A stretch of 64,000 nucleotides of DNA from Prorocentrum cordatum. Taxonomy: Eukaryota. Shown here piece after piece: positions 21,510 through 33,310 of this stretch. The notes beneath the pieces were generated by a model. It saw only the letters and a list, made by a program, of their open reading frames with translations, made no database searches and had not been told where the DNA came from. Position 1 is the stretch's first letter. Each line of letters begins with the position of its first letter. A program made the translations under genes and the position numbers. The DNA is taken from positions 186,001 through 250,000 of the forward strand of contig CAUYUJ010000270.1 in the NCBI GenBank assembly GCA_963575745.1, read 5' to 3'.

Positions 21510-23799
21510 AGGCGTAGGCGTGATCGTGGTCGTGGCTGTCGTCGTCGTCGTAGTCGTCGTCGTCGTCGGCGGCAACGTCATCGTCGTCGTCGTCCTCGTC
21601 CTCTTCCAGCAGGAGAAAAAAAGGTGTAAGGACGAGGAGGAGGTGGGAGGAGGGGGACTGGGTGATTCGAGAGGGTTCGGCGGGCCAGAACGGGTTCTAC
21701 GAGGTTCGAAGGGAGAGGAGGCAGAAGGGGGAGAGGGAGAAAGAAGAAGGGTTAGGGGCAGGAGGAGGACGAAGGCAGAGAGAGAGGAAGGAGGGAGGAA
21801 GGCAAATGGGAGGGACGGGGATCTCTCTTTGCGAGGGGAGTTTGTGTGAGTTGTCGATCAGTTCCTGGGAGCTCTGCAGTCGGCTGGGTGGCAGCCCGCA
21901 AAACAAGGCTGCGATTTCATTTACGTTGATTGGTCGGTCACCTGCGCACACTCGGACAACCTCGAGCGCAGGAGGGCACGATCCAACAACGACGGGCTGG
22001 CCGCGTCGTGCGCTGTGGGCGTCAAGCGGAACCGCTATCCCCCCTCAGGAGGCGGGTTGGTCCCGGCCGTCTTGGAGTCGGGAGGGCTACGGCGCAGACC
22101 TGCCCGAGGCGGACCGGTCGGCTGTCATCGCCACCGCGTGGCGCCGCATCCAACGTACGCTGGTCGTGGGGAATGCGGAGATGATCCTTAGCGCCTGCTA
22201 GGCGCCCGCGGCGCAGGCCAGCGCGTCGACGGGGATGTGGCCGCAGGGCGCCGCCGGCTCGACGCCATCGGCGGCACCCACCCGAGCAGTAGCTCCGGGC
22301 CTTGCGGAAGGCAATCACCGTCGGCCACTCCGCGACAGGCGGCGCTATCAGTGTCGCCCTCGGCGGCGACCAACAGGGCCAGGACAATCACCAGCGCGAC
22401 CACCAGCGGCGAGAACACCCCTGACACGGCCACCACTTCGTCCACCAGGGCCATCACGACAGCCGCCACGACCACCACAACCACAGCTACCACCACGACC
22501 ACCACCGCAGCGACAGCATCACGACACCCACTGCCTACACTACCAAGACGTCCACGGCGATCCGACGACCGCCCCCCGCCTCTCCCCTTCCCCCCGCCTC
22601 CTCCCTCCCCCCTGCCTGGCCGCCCTTGCATGCTGCTCCAGGTCTGTTGTCTCCAGTGGGAATCGTAATTTGCATGCGTTTCTCATCGCATAGTTTAGTT
22701 AATCATGTCGCGTGTTTCGTGGCTAGGGACCTGGGCCGGGACCATAACCTCAATGCCCGGGGGTCCCCCTTGGTGACGGGGTGGGGACCCACTCGGGTGC
22801 CCCCAGGCCCTTTTCAGAGTGGAGGAGGAGGAGGAGGAGGAGGAGGAGGAGGATGAGGAGGAGGAGGAGGAGGAAGAGGAGGACTCGTGAGGAGGAGAGG
22901 AGAAAGGAGGACTCGAGAACGGCCTGGAGCGGCCAGCTGCCCCGTCCGGCAGGCTGCCCTGGCTGGACGGCCGCGCGCAGTCACTGCCCGGCCAGGTTCT
23001 CCCTGCCTGCTCTCCCTCCCCTCCCCTCCCCCTTCCCTCCCCTCACTCTCGTGCCATGGCATGGCACCTCGCGCAGCGGAAGAAGGGGCTCCCCGGAGGG
23101 GTCGCGCGCTCCGCGCCCAAGAGAACTTGGATGCCTTCTTCAAGAACCCCCCCAAGAAGGAGAAGGAGAAGGAGAAGGAGAAGGAGAAGGAGAAGGAGAA
23201 GGAGAAGGAGTAGAAACGCCGACCAGCATGGACGTGCCCGTGCGGCACTGCAGATTGGCCGTCTCGGAACTCGTGCCGCAGTTGTGGCCAGGCGCATCGT
23301 GCAGGAGGCGCTGGAGGCGGCTGCAGCACGGGGCGAGGGGGGGTCAGCTCCCCCAGACCACCGGGGAGCCGGCAGGCTGCCAGCGCCCAAGGTGGGCGCC
23401 GCCGCGGCCGAAGGCAAGGCCACCGCCGGCGACTGCGGCGAGCATACGCGCCACGGCCCAAAGTCCTCCAAGAAGTTCCCACACTGGCCCAAGAGTTCCC
23501 CAAGACGGCCCGAGACGCCTCCGAGGCAGGCAAAGGAACACCCAACACAGCTCCGAGAGGGTGCCCAGACGGGGGACCCGAACGGACATCTCCTCGTCCT
23601 CCTACTGCTCCTTCCCCCCCGTCCTCCGTCCTCCCCCTGCCTCTGCTCCCTCTCCTCCTCCTCCTCCTCCTCCTGCTCCTCCTCCTCCTCCTCCTGCTCC
23701 TCCTCCTGCTCCACCGCGTCTCCTCCTCCTGCTCCTCCTTCCCTTTCTCGTCGTCGTCGTCGTCGTCAGGGCCAGCAGCACTGGCCGTAAGGCATTCAC

Positions 23800-24002
23800 A
23801 ATCGGCTTCGGAAGAGTCTCTGAATCTGACAAACTGCCGTTTCGCTCGGGAGATCCTCGACAACTCGGCTTCGGAGGGGACTCTGAATTCAAGAATGGCA
23901 GCATCGCTAGGAACATCCTCGACTAATCAGCCTCGGAGGGGACTCCGAATCTCAATCATGACAGTTTCGCTCGAGACATCCTTGACAATCTGGCTCGGAG
24001 GG
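23800..24002 (+). repeat. ~62-nt degenerate tandem repeat, about 3 units (CTTCGGAGGGGGACTCTGAAT...ATCCTCGACAA)
   Basis: Direct reading. Confidence 0.7.
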
Positions 24003-24720
24003 CCAACGTGGCCCCAAGAAACATTGCGACGATTGGTATCGACCATCGTCGAGGCAGCATCCCTGACACCCACTGATTGCAAACTCTGCGTGCAAGCTTC
24101 CCCGCTGCGACTCCGTTCTGGGGGCTCACCAAAACATGGTTTTGGAATCAACGTGGCAGCTTCATTGCCGATGTTGCAACATGCGTGACAGGAACGGGAT
24201 TGGGCGCACATCCGGTGTCGCTCTGGTCGCGGCGCCGTGCTCATTTCCCTTGAGAATTGAACATTTATTCGGGCTTGGCGCGCATTTTTCGCTCGCCTCG
24301 TCGACGCGCGAGCAACAAACAACTGTCGCTCTCTCCAAGGCGCCGTGCAGATTAAGCCTGAAAGTAGCGGTCCTGCATCGGCGGGACGCATCTTTTTCAG
24401 CGCGGCGCATGAGTCGCCTTCGACGTGCTCATCGGAAATTTAGCCGCCCGAGAGAATGCTAACTGGTGCTCTCGCCGCAGCGTCGCGCAAGAACTTTCTG
24501 AAGATCCGTTCCCGCCCGTGCGCGGCCCGCGCTCTGTTTATACCTCGCTAAGCCGTCGGACGCGGGACCGCGCGCGAGCACCTTCCGTTCGCTAGGTGGG
24601 AACGCATGTCACGCCTAATGTCACGTTGTGCCCCCATCGATTCTGATATTATGGGGGGGAGAGTGAGACAGGGCGGGGCTTGCTGTCTCGTTCGCCCTGG
24701 CTAACTCGACCTTACCTGTA

Positions 24721-24905
24721 GGCTCTTGAAACTCGCCAGTCCACAGTGAATCGACCCAGTTCGGATTCGAGTCGAAGGGAAGCCCCCTCCTGATCTTAGG
24801 GCTGCCTTGAAGCCACGCAGGCTGGCCTCGAGCCAAATCGTCCAGTAGCAACAGCCCGGCAAAAAGGCTGCGGCGATAGCGCTGGGCGACGAGCGGTCCA
24901 ACTGC
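24721..24905 (-). CDS. Possible isolated exon of an unidentified gene
   Basis: Complex, stop-free reading (GPLVAQRYRRSLFAGLLLLDDLARGQPAWLQG...WVDSLWTGEFQEPT) ending at a canonical AG|GTAAG donor. No homology recognised. Confidence 0.3.
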
Positions 24906-27900
24906 TTCTCCAGGCCCGCCAGCCGCTCCTGCGAAGCTGGGGGAGGGAAGGGGGGGGGGGGGGGGCACCGGCGAGCGAAAGGGCCCTCCCTACTCTACCT
25001 CCTCGCCCCCCTCCTCCAGCTTCTCCCATCCTCCATCCTCGCTCCTCCCCTCCCCCCTCCTGACCTCTCCGCTCGCCTCCCCTCCCCGCTCCCCCTATGC
25101 TCCTCTCATCCTCATGATTATCCACATCCAACATCCCCCCTCCCCGCTCAACTTCCCTCCCTCTGCTGCCCTCTCGGCCCTCCTCCCCCCACATCATGCT
25201 CCCTCCCTCCCTCCTTCCTCAAGAAGAGGCGTTCGAATGTTTACGCAGCGTTTTACATCATGTCCCCAGCTCCTGATACATTCGCGTGATATCAGAAGCT
25301 TGAATTTCGGAAATATCCAACAAGGTGAGAAGGAGGAGGAGGAGGAGGAAATGAAAAAGAATGGAAGAAGGGGGGGCGGATTTGATGGACTTCGCACTTC
25401 GAGGGCCTCTTGGGGGCCACCTGTCGCCACGGCCGGACTCACCTCGAAAGCCTTGCTAGAACGCGCTCCAGGACAGGGTCCCGGGCCCAGAGATCGACTT
25501 TGAGGGAGGAGGCTCGGAAGCCGATGCTGGGAGCCTTCGTAAGAACGCCTATAAACTCTTGAGCACCCTTAGGGGCGACTGAACTGGACTAGCCCAGAGT
25601 TCGCTGGGGGCTCAGCTGGATTTCGCGGGATTCAACTGAATTCTGCCAGACCGAGCGGGAGTAGGCCGCACTTCGACCAAGTATGTACCAGCGTCGATGC
25701 TGAATGATTAGGAAAGATTTCGACCAAGGATGTGCCAGCGCCGATGCTGAGTGCTACCTCTTAGGCGTTGCATCCTTAAGGATGGGGGGAAGGAGTCCCA
25801 TGCCTCTTCTCGTCTTGAACACATCGAGCAAGCGAGCTAGCCTTGCACCAGACGGCGCGCGAGCAATCTGAAACAGATCGCCGCGGCGCAGACTTGCGGC
25901 GCTGCCTAGTGTTGTTCGGACGTCATGATTGCACAGCCAACTCCCATGATCAGCGAAGCCCCATGGGACATGAGATCAGCGCGGGGCATAGGACCAGCGC
26001 GGCCGGCGGTGACAGGCCTGGGCTGCACCGTTGCCGAAACCTCTTGCGAGCAGCGCTGCGGCGAGGCGCAGCGCTCCTGGGCGGCGCCGGTCACAGGCAC
26101 GAGGAACGCGCGGGCGCCGAGGCCCCAGAAGCCGAGATGTTGTACAATCATCGTGCTTCCATCAGGACTGCGGAATTAGGATCGAGGGGGTTTTCTGGCC
26201 ACGGCGAGCCCCAACCACGAATAGGCTCCCCGGCCTAGATCGAAGGAACGGCCCGAGCGCCAGTCCTTCCTGAGCCCAAGGTGGTCCATATTCTAGTGTA
26301 CTGGCAATGCTGCTATGATGCTTGTTGTCTCTGGCCCCCTTTGCTCTGGGCTCCACGGACCTCTAACTCTGGTTTACCGAGGAGGGGGGCGACAGAGAGG
26401 GGGTGCACATTGGGCACGTGCGCGTACGAAGGGGGTGGGGGGGGCCCGGGAACGCATTGAGAGAGGGAGTTTTTTTTTGGGGGGGGGGGAGACCGACCTC
26501 TTGGACGACCCCGACTGACGACCACTTTATCCCGAGCCGCTGGCCACTCGGAGCCCGCGGAGGCAGCTTGGGAGGGCCCTTTAGGGCCCCTGCCGGGCCA
26601 CTACCCTGAGATCCTGGATCCCCCTACGCGTAGTCATTGCCCCCAGTGCCGGCCGCCCGACCATCGGGCACCAGTCTGTCATCCCTGCTGCCAGAGAGTG
26701 GCGAGAGAGCTTCGGCACGATCTGTGCGAGTCGCCGGAGAGCTGGGCCATGCACCTCGAGGTCGACCCCCAGCCTCTCCTGGGGCGCGCTCTGCCCAGGA
26801 GTTGGGAGAACGCTTCTGGAGACGCAGAAGGGATCACGGCCTCAAAATGCTCCCGTCTCCCTTCTCCTCCCCCCCCCTCCTCCTCCTCCTCCTCCTCCTC
26901 CTCCTCCTCCTCCTCCTCCTCCTCCTCCTCCTCCTCCTCCTCCACCTCCGCCTCGTCCTCCTCCTCTCTCTCCTCCTCCTCCCCCCTCCTCCTCCTCCTC
27001 CTCCTCCTCCTCCTCCTCCTCCCTCCTCCTCCTCCTCCTCCTCCTCCTCCTCCCTGGGCTGTGAAAGGCTGGGCTCCTTCAGCTGGGGGTCCTGGGCCTG
27101 AGGATTTCTGAACGGACCAGGCCGTGGCCATGAGGGTGCCCCTGGATGCCCAGAAAGGCCCACGCCAACAGACAAACCAAATCCTCGATCCTGATTCCTG
27201 GACTGTCCACGGCCGTGCGGGCACCTTCAGCTGGGGGTCAACGTCGTCGCCCTTCTTGGCGAGCAGCGCCTGCCCGCGCCGCCCGCCAGCTGCGCCCAGG
27301 GGGCCGGCGGTGCGGGCGAGCCATCGGTGAGCCTTCGGCAGGCCCTCGGCGGGCCCTCGGGTCTTCGCCGGCCTTCGGCGAGTCATCGGCGGGCCGCATC
27401 GGCGCCCGCTTCGCCAGCGCGGTGGGCAGCAACAATGGCGACGGGGCGCGGGAGGGAGGGCAGACGGGGCGGAGGAAGGGGGGGGGAGGGGAAGAGTCGG
27501 AGGAGGAGGCGGGGCGGGAGGAGAGGTGAATGAGCCAGAGGAGTGGAGGAAGCTGGCGGAGGGACCGAGGCAGGAGGGGGCAAGGGGAGGAACAAGGGAA
27601 GGACCAGGAGGAGGACGACGACGACGACGACGAAGACGAGTAGGAGGGAGGGAAGGAGGGAGGGAGCGCGATGCGATCCTCCTGCATCTGTAGCTTTGGC
27701 ATTCGAGTCCCATGCGATCCTCCTCACTCTCCGCCATCCTCCCTCCGCCCGTCACCATCCACTCTCGACAGCTGGAATTCTTGATCGACTTGCTGGCACA
27801 GAAGGTCTAGATTAAATTATATGTTCGTCCTGGGAACCTTCCTGGAGCCACTCGCCCCGCTCATGCGTCAATGCTACGTCGAACGTCAATCGACTTGAGT

Positions 27901-28690
27901 CGATATTGACTCGAAATACAATCGAACCGATCGGCTGGGTGGATCCTACCAGGATCCCCCGAAACGAGCATCTAAACAGAGAGTCCCGGAGAACGTTTTC
28001 GTTCGTGGCCAGAACGGGCGGTATGGGAAGCAAGAGGGGGGCCTAACGTGACGCTTCCCACCCCCGCGGTGTTCCCCTGGGACCACCGCAGCGCCTTGCG
28101 CGCACCTGACCCTCGCAGCAAGGGTTCGGTCGCAGCGCCTTCCCGCACCACAGTATGCCCGCGAGCACCACGCGCGATTGAAACCACCGCACGGCGAGAC
28201 GAGGGAAAACATAACCTGCCAGAACCACAGCAGCTTTGCGAACGCAGCAGTGTACGAAACGGTATGTCAGACCCTGATACAATGAAAATGCGCGAGTAAA
28301 ACAACCTACAAGCACGTGCCGCCGCAGAACGCTAGCGTCATAACAAAACCTCAACTACCGACAGCCCGCGAGCACTGCAATACGACAGCGAGCACGACGA
28401 CGACGACCACGACGACGGCGACGAACGAGACGAAAAACCACGGGGACGACGAAAACCACGACGACGACGACAAAAACATTCGCGAAGACAACGAACTCGA
28501 CGAGGACGAGGACAACGACAACGACAACGACAACAACAATAAGAGAAACATCAGTAGCAACAACAGCAACACCGACGACAGCAATAACAACAACAACATC
28601 AGCAACAACAACAACAACAACAACAACATCAGCACCAACAACCACATTAAGACTGATCGCTCTTATCTGAGCGCGTGCCATTCAACACGT

Positions 28691-29680
28691 AAATTGTTGT
28701 CGCTTCGCGAATCCCCACCAGCCCATCCAGAAACGATGCCCAGAGGAATTGCCTCGATCAGAGAAGTGGGCAGCACACAGAGGAAGCCATTATGAGACAT
28801 CTTGGGATATCTTGAGCCATCTTGGAGGTCATTTTGGGCTCTCCCAGACGCTCTTGGAGTCATCTTAATCCGTGCCCCCCCCCAAGAGGCCTCCATGTGG
28901 CTAAAACCTGTGTAGAATCAATGATTAGGCATTCTCGCCGAGGCCTCTTGGAGCATCTTGGGTGCATCTGGGGGGGCTCTTGGGGCCTCTTGGGGGTCTC
29001 TTGGGGGCCTCCGGGGGGCCTCTTGGGGGCCTCTTGGGGCCATTTTGGGGCCATCTTGGGACCTCTTGGGGCTTCCTGGGCGCTTCTTGGGGCCATCTTG
29101 GAGGAGATCGATCAAACAAGAGGGGGGGGTTAATTAGCGTCCCCCCTCGGAAGCCCCTAAAATCGCCTCTTGGACCCCTCTTGGAACGCTCTTGGAGTGC
29201 TCTTGGGCGCTCTTGGGGCCGTCTTGGGGCTCTTTTGGGGCTCTCTTGGGGCCCTCTTGGGCCATCTTGGAACCATCTCCAGGCCTCGGATGGCCATCGG
29301 AAGCGAAAAGGCGAGAAAGCAAAAATCATTGATTTTCCTTAGGTTTTGGGACGATTTTGGCCTCTTCGGGGCCTCCTTGGGGAGCTGTTTGGCCACTTGG
29401 AGTTATCTTGGGGCCGTCTTTGGGCTTCTTGGAACCATCTTAGGAGCCATCTCGAGCGATCTTGCGCTATCTTGAGCCATCTTGGAGCTCATCTTGGGTT
29501 CTCTGAGGCGCTCTTGGAGCCGTCTTGGGCCATCTGGGACGCTCTAACTACCCGCGGCCCCCCCCGTCCAGGTCCAGGGGAGGGGGTAGGGGGAGGGGTA
29601 AACCCCTCCCCAAGGGGGAAGAGGGAGGGGTGGAAGAGGATCTGCTCTAGACCACCTACGCCCAGAGGGCTGGTGGGATT
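28691..29680 (-). mobile_element. Non-autonomous Helentron-like element, copy B
   Basis: On the minus strand it starts AATCCCACCAGCCCTCTGGG and ends GGGCTGGTGGGGAT-TCGCGAAGCGA-CAACAATTT. Confidence 0.7.
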
Positions 29681-30269
29681 CCAAACCCTCGATACCCGCC
29701 ATCTTCCCTTTCGTCTTCGTCTTCGCCCCTGCAACCATTATTTCATGCAACCCCTTACGACAGAGGACGAGAGAACGGATGGAAGAAAGGGACAAGGGGG
29801 AGGGAGAAGGATTGAGCACGAGAGAGGCAGTAGCAGGAGGGGGGCCAGGAGCAGAAAACATGTGGCAGAACTTGACGGGCAGATCGGGCGGGTAGACCCT
29901 AACAGGCGGGCTCAGGCGGCCAGGTCGAGCAGGCGGGTTGCTGAAGAGTGCGTCCTGCATGAGTCGCGAGTCTCGAGCCACAACGCGACTCCAAAGTAAA
30001 CCGCGAGATAGGAGAGAGAGCGCCCGTGGCGCACTCCCAAAAGGGGTGGGGTCCCCCCTCAAAGTTATCCCCCTCCCTCGTTAGACCTGCCCTGCCGGAA
30101 GCCCCCCCCACCCCCCCTCTTTTCGTCCCGCGCCTCGGAAGCTGCCCCCGCTCCTTTCGCGCTCTTGAAGCTACCCCCCCCGCCCTTTGAACCTCCCCTG
30201 CCGGAAGCCCCCCCCTCCCTTTTGGGCTAAAGGGTGGGGGCTTGGAAGCTCCCCGCCCCATTGGCTAAA

Positions 30270-31775
30270 GGATGGAGCGCCGAAGACGAAAAGAGCGCCG
30301 AAAACCAACAGAGCGCCGACAACCAAAGAGCAACCGAAAACCCAAAGGGTACGAAAACCAGAGGGCGTCGAAAACCAAAGAAACGCTGAAAACCGAAAGG
30401 GCACCGAAAATCAAAACGGCGCCGAACACCACAGATGTCACGAAAACCAAAGGAGCACCAAAACCCAAAGGAGCGCCGAAAACCAAAGGAGAGCCGAAAA
30501 CAAAATGCGCGCCGACACATAAAAGGGAGCCGAAACCAAAAAGGAACGCCGAAAACCAAAAGAGCGCCGAAAAGCAAAGGGGCGCCGAGAACCTAACGAA
30601 CACCGAAAACCAAAGAGGCGCCGAAAACTAAAAAAGGCTTCGAAAACCAGCAGCGCGCCGAAAACCAAAGAGACGCCGAAAACCAAAAGAGCGCCGAAAA
30701 CCAGTGCAGCGCCGAATACCAAAAGGGCGCCGAAAACCAAAAAGCACTGAAACCTGAAAAAAGCGACACAAACCAAAGAGTCATCGAACTTGAACGGGAC
30801 GCCGGAAACCAAAGGGGCGCCGAAAACCAAAAGAGCGCCGAAAAGCAAAGGGGCGCCGAGAACCTGACGAACACCGGAATCCAAAGAGGCGCCGAAAACG
30901 AAAAAAGGCTTCGAAAACCAGCAGAGCGCCGAAAACCAAAGAGACGCCGAAAACCAAAAGAGCGCCGAAAACCAGTGCAGCGCCGAATACCAAAAGGGCG
31001 CCGAAAACCAAAAAGCACTGAAACCTGAAAAAGGCGACAAAAACCAAAGAGTCGTCGAACTTGAACGGGACGCCGGAAACCAAAGGGGCGCCGAAAATCA
31101 ATAGAGAGCCGACAACCAAAGGGTCGCCAAACACCAAGACGGCACCGAAAACTGAACCACTGCCGGAAACCAAAGGAGCGCCGAAAACCAAAAGGGCACC
31201 GAAGACCAAAACAGCGCCAACAAACAAAAAGAGCGTCGAAAACAACAGGACCGTCGAAAACCACAAGGGCACCGAGAACCAAAGCCGCGCCGAATACCAA
31301 AAGGGCGCCCAAAACCAAAGGAGCGCCGAAAACCAAGGGGGCGCCGAAAACCAAAAGAATAACGAAAACCAACAAAGCCTCGAACGCAAAAAGGTGCGCC
31401 GAAAACCAAAGGAGCACCGACAACCAAGAGCGCGTCGAGCCGAAGGGCGAAACCAAAACGGCGCCGAGAACTAAAGGGGGCGGAAACCGAAAGGGCGCCG
31501 AAAACCAAAAGGGCGCCGAAAACCAGAGGAGCGCCGGAACCCAAGAGGGCTCCGAAAACCAACGATGCGCCGAAAAGCATTAAAGGTTGCGCAGCATCCA
31601 AAACCAAAGAAGCGCCGAACGCCGCATGAGCGCCGAAAACAAAAGGAGCGCCGAACACCAAAGGAGCGCCGAAAACCAAAGAAGTGCCAAAGGCCCAAAA
31701 CGCGCCGAAAACCAAAGCGACGTAGAGAACCACAAGTATGCCGCAAACCAACGGGGCGCCGAAAACCAAATAAGA
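30270..31775 (+). repeat. Minisatellite with ~18-nt unit (GCGCCGAAAACCAAAnnn) and an internal 271-bp higher-order duplication
   Basis: Dozens of GCGCCGAAAACCAAA cores; GGCTTCGAAAACCAG at 30636 and 30907 marks the 271-bp block. Confidence 0.95.
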
Positions 31776-32329
31776 AAAGTAGCTTCGAAGCCCCCTTCAG
31801 CCGGGACCTTCCGGGCGGAAAAACCAACAGGAGGGGAGGGGAGGGTCGCCTCGAAGCCCCCCCTGCTTTGGAAAGGGGAGCCCAGGCTTACCCCGGGTCC
31901 CGAAAAGCAGGAGAGGGGGCTTCCAAGCCCCCCACCCACTGAGCCAGGGACCCCCCAGCTCAAACATGCTCACAAAAGGGGGGGGTGGTGCGGGGGGAGC
32001 TTCGGGAGCCCCCCCCCTCCTTTATCAAGGGAGGGCAGGGGGGGTAGCTTGAAGCTGGGGTCCCCCTTTTAATGAGAAGTGCGCCACGAGCGTGTTCATT
32101 CTGAGATAACCAAAGCGAGTGCGTGATTCCTGAGTGTGGAGGCCGCGCGAGAGCGCGATGTGGGAAACAAATGTGAGAAAGTATCGGGCGGGAGCCGTTG
32201 TTGCTACTCGGTGGCCAAGGGCCAAATTCTGAGACCCAATACTCCCTGATGAACATCAGGGTGCGAGCACCGGGAAGGGCACTTCACTAGAAAAAAACAC
32301 CATGTGTCCAGGAAGGAGGGATCAACAAT

Positions 32330-33310
32330 AATCCCACCAGCCCTCTGGGCGTAGGTGGTCTAGAGCAGATCCTCTTCCACCCCTCCCTCTTCCCCCTTGG
32401 GGAGGGGTTTACCCCTCCCCCTACCCCCTCCCCTGGACCTGGACGGGGGGGGCCGCGGGTAGTTAGAGCGTCCAAGATGGCCCAAGACGGCTCCAAGAGC
32501 GCCTCAGAGAACCCAAGATGAGCTCCAAGATGGCTCAAGATAGCGCAAGATCGCTCACGATGGCTCCTAAGATGGTTCCAAGAAGCCCAAAGACGGCCCC
32601 AAGATAACTCCAAGTGGCCAAACAGCTCCCCAAGGAGGCCCCGAAGAGGCCAAAATCGTCCCAAAACCTAAGGAAAATCAATGATTTTTGCTTTCTCGCC
32701 TTTTCGCTTCCGATGGCCATCCGAGGCCTGGAGATGGCTCCAAGATGGCCCAAGAGGGCCCCAAGAGAGCCCCAAAAGAGCCCCAAGACGGCCCCAAGAG
32801 CGCCCAAGAGCACTCCAAGAGCGTTCCAAGAGGGGTCCAAGAGGCGATTTTAGGGGCTTCCGAGGGGGGACGCTAATTAAACCCCCCCTCTTGTTTGATC
32901 GACTCCCTCCAAGATGGCCCCAAAAGCGCCCCGAAGGCTCCCCAGAGCGCCTCAAGAGGGTCCCAAGAGGCGCCCAAGATGCCCCAAGGCGCCCAAAAAG
33001 CCCTCCAAGAGGCCCTCAAAAGACCCCCAAGAAGCTCCTTCCCCTCCTCCTCCTCCTCCTCCGATTCTTCCTCCTTCTCCGTCCTCCTCCTCCTCCTCCT
33101 CCTCCTCCTCTTCCCCCTCCTCCTCCTCCTCCTCCTCCGACGACGACGACGACGACGACGACTCCTCTTCCATCCTCCCCCTCTCGGGGTCTGTGACAGC
33201 TTCCCCCGCCCTTTGTTATTCTGCATGCTCCCCGACTTCCCTGATCACCTCAACTCCCCTGAGCATCGTTTCTGGATGGGCTGGTGGGGATACGCGAAGC
33301 GTCAACAATT
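32330..33310 (+). mobile_element. Non-autonomous Helentron-like element, copy C
   Basis: Starts AATCCCACCAGCCCTCTGGG and ends GGGCTGGTGGGGAT-ACGCGAAGCGT-CAACAATT. Its first ~590 bp are a near-perfect reverse complement of 29085-29680. Confidence 0.7.

Noticed and set aside
30270..31775. CRISPR-like array
   Set aside because: Units are ~18 nt with only 3-4 variable bases, there are no unique spacers and no cas genes, and the context is eukaryotic. It is a minisatellite.
28811..32540. ATGGCTCAAG motifs (28811, 29471, ~32529) as SL relics
   Set aside because: They lie in the CCAAGATGGC(T/C)C(C)AAG low-complexity body of the repeat family and are probably coincidental variants.
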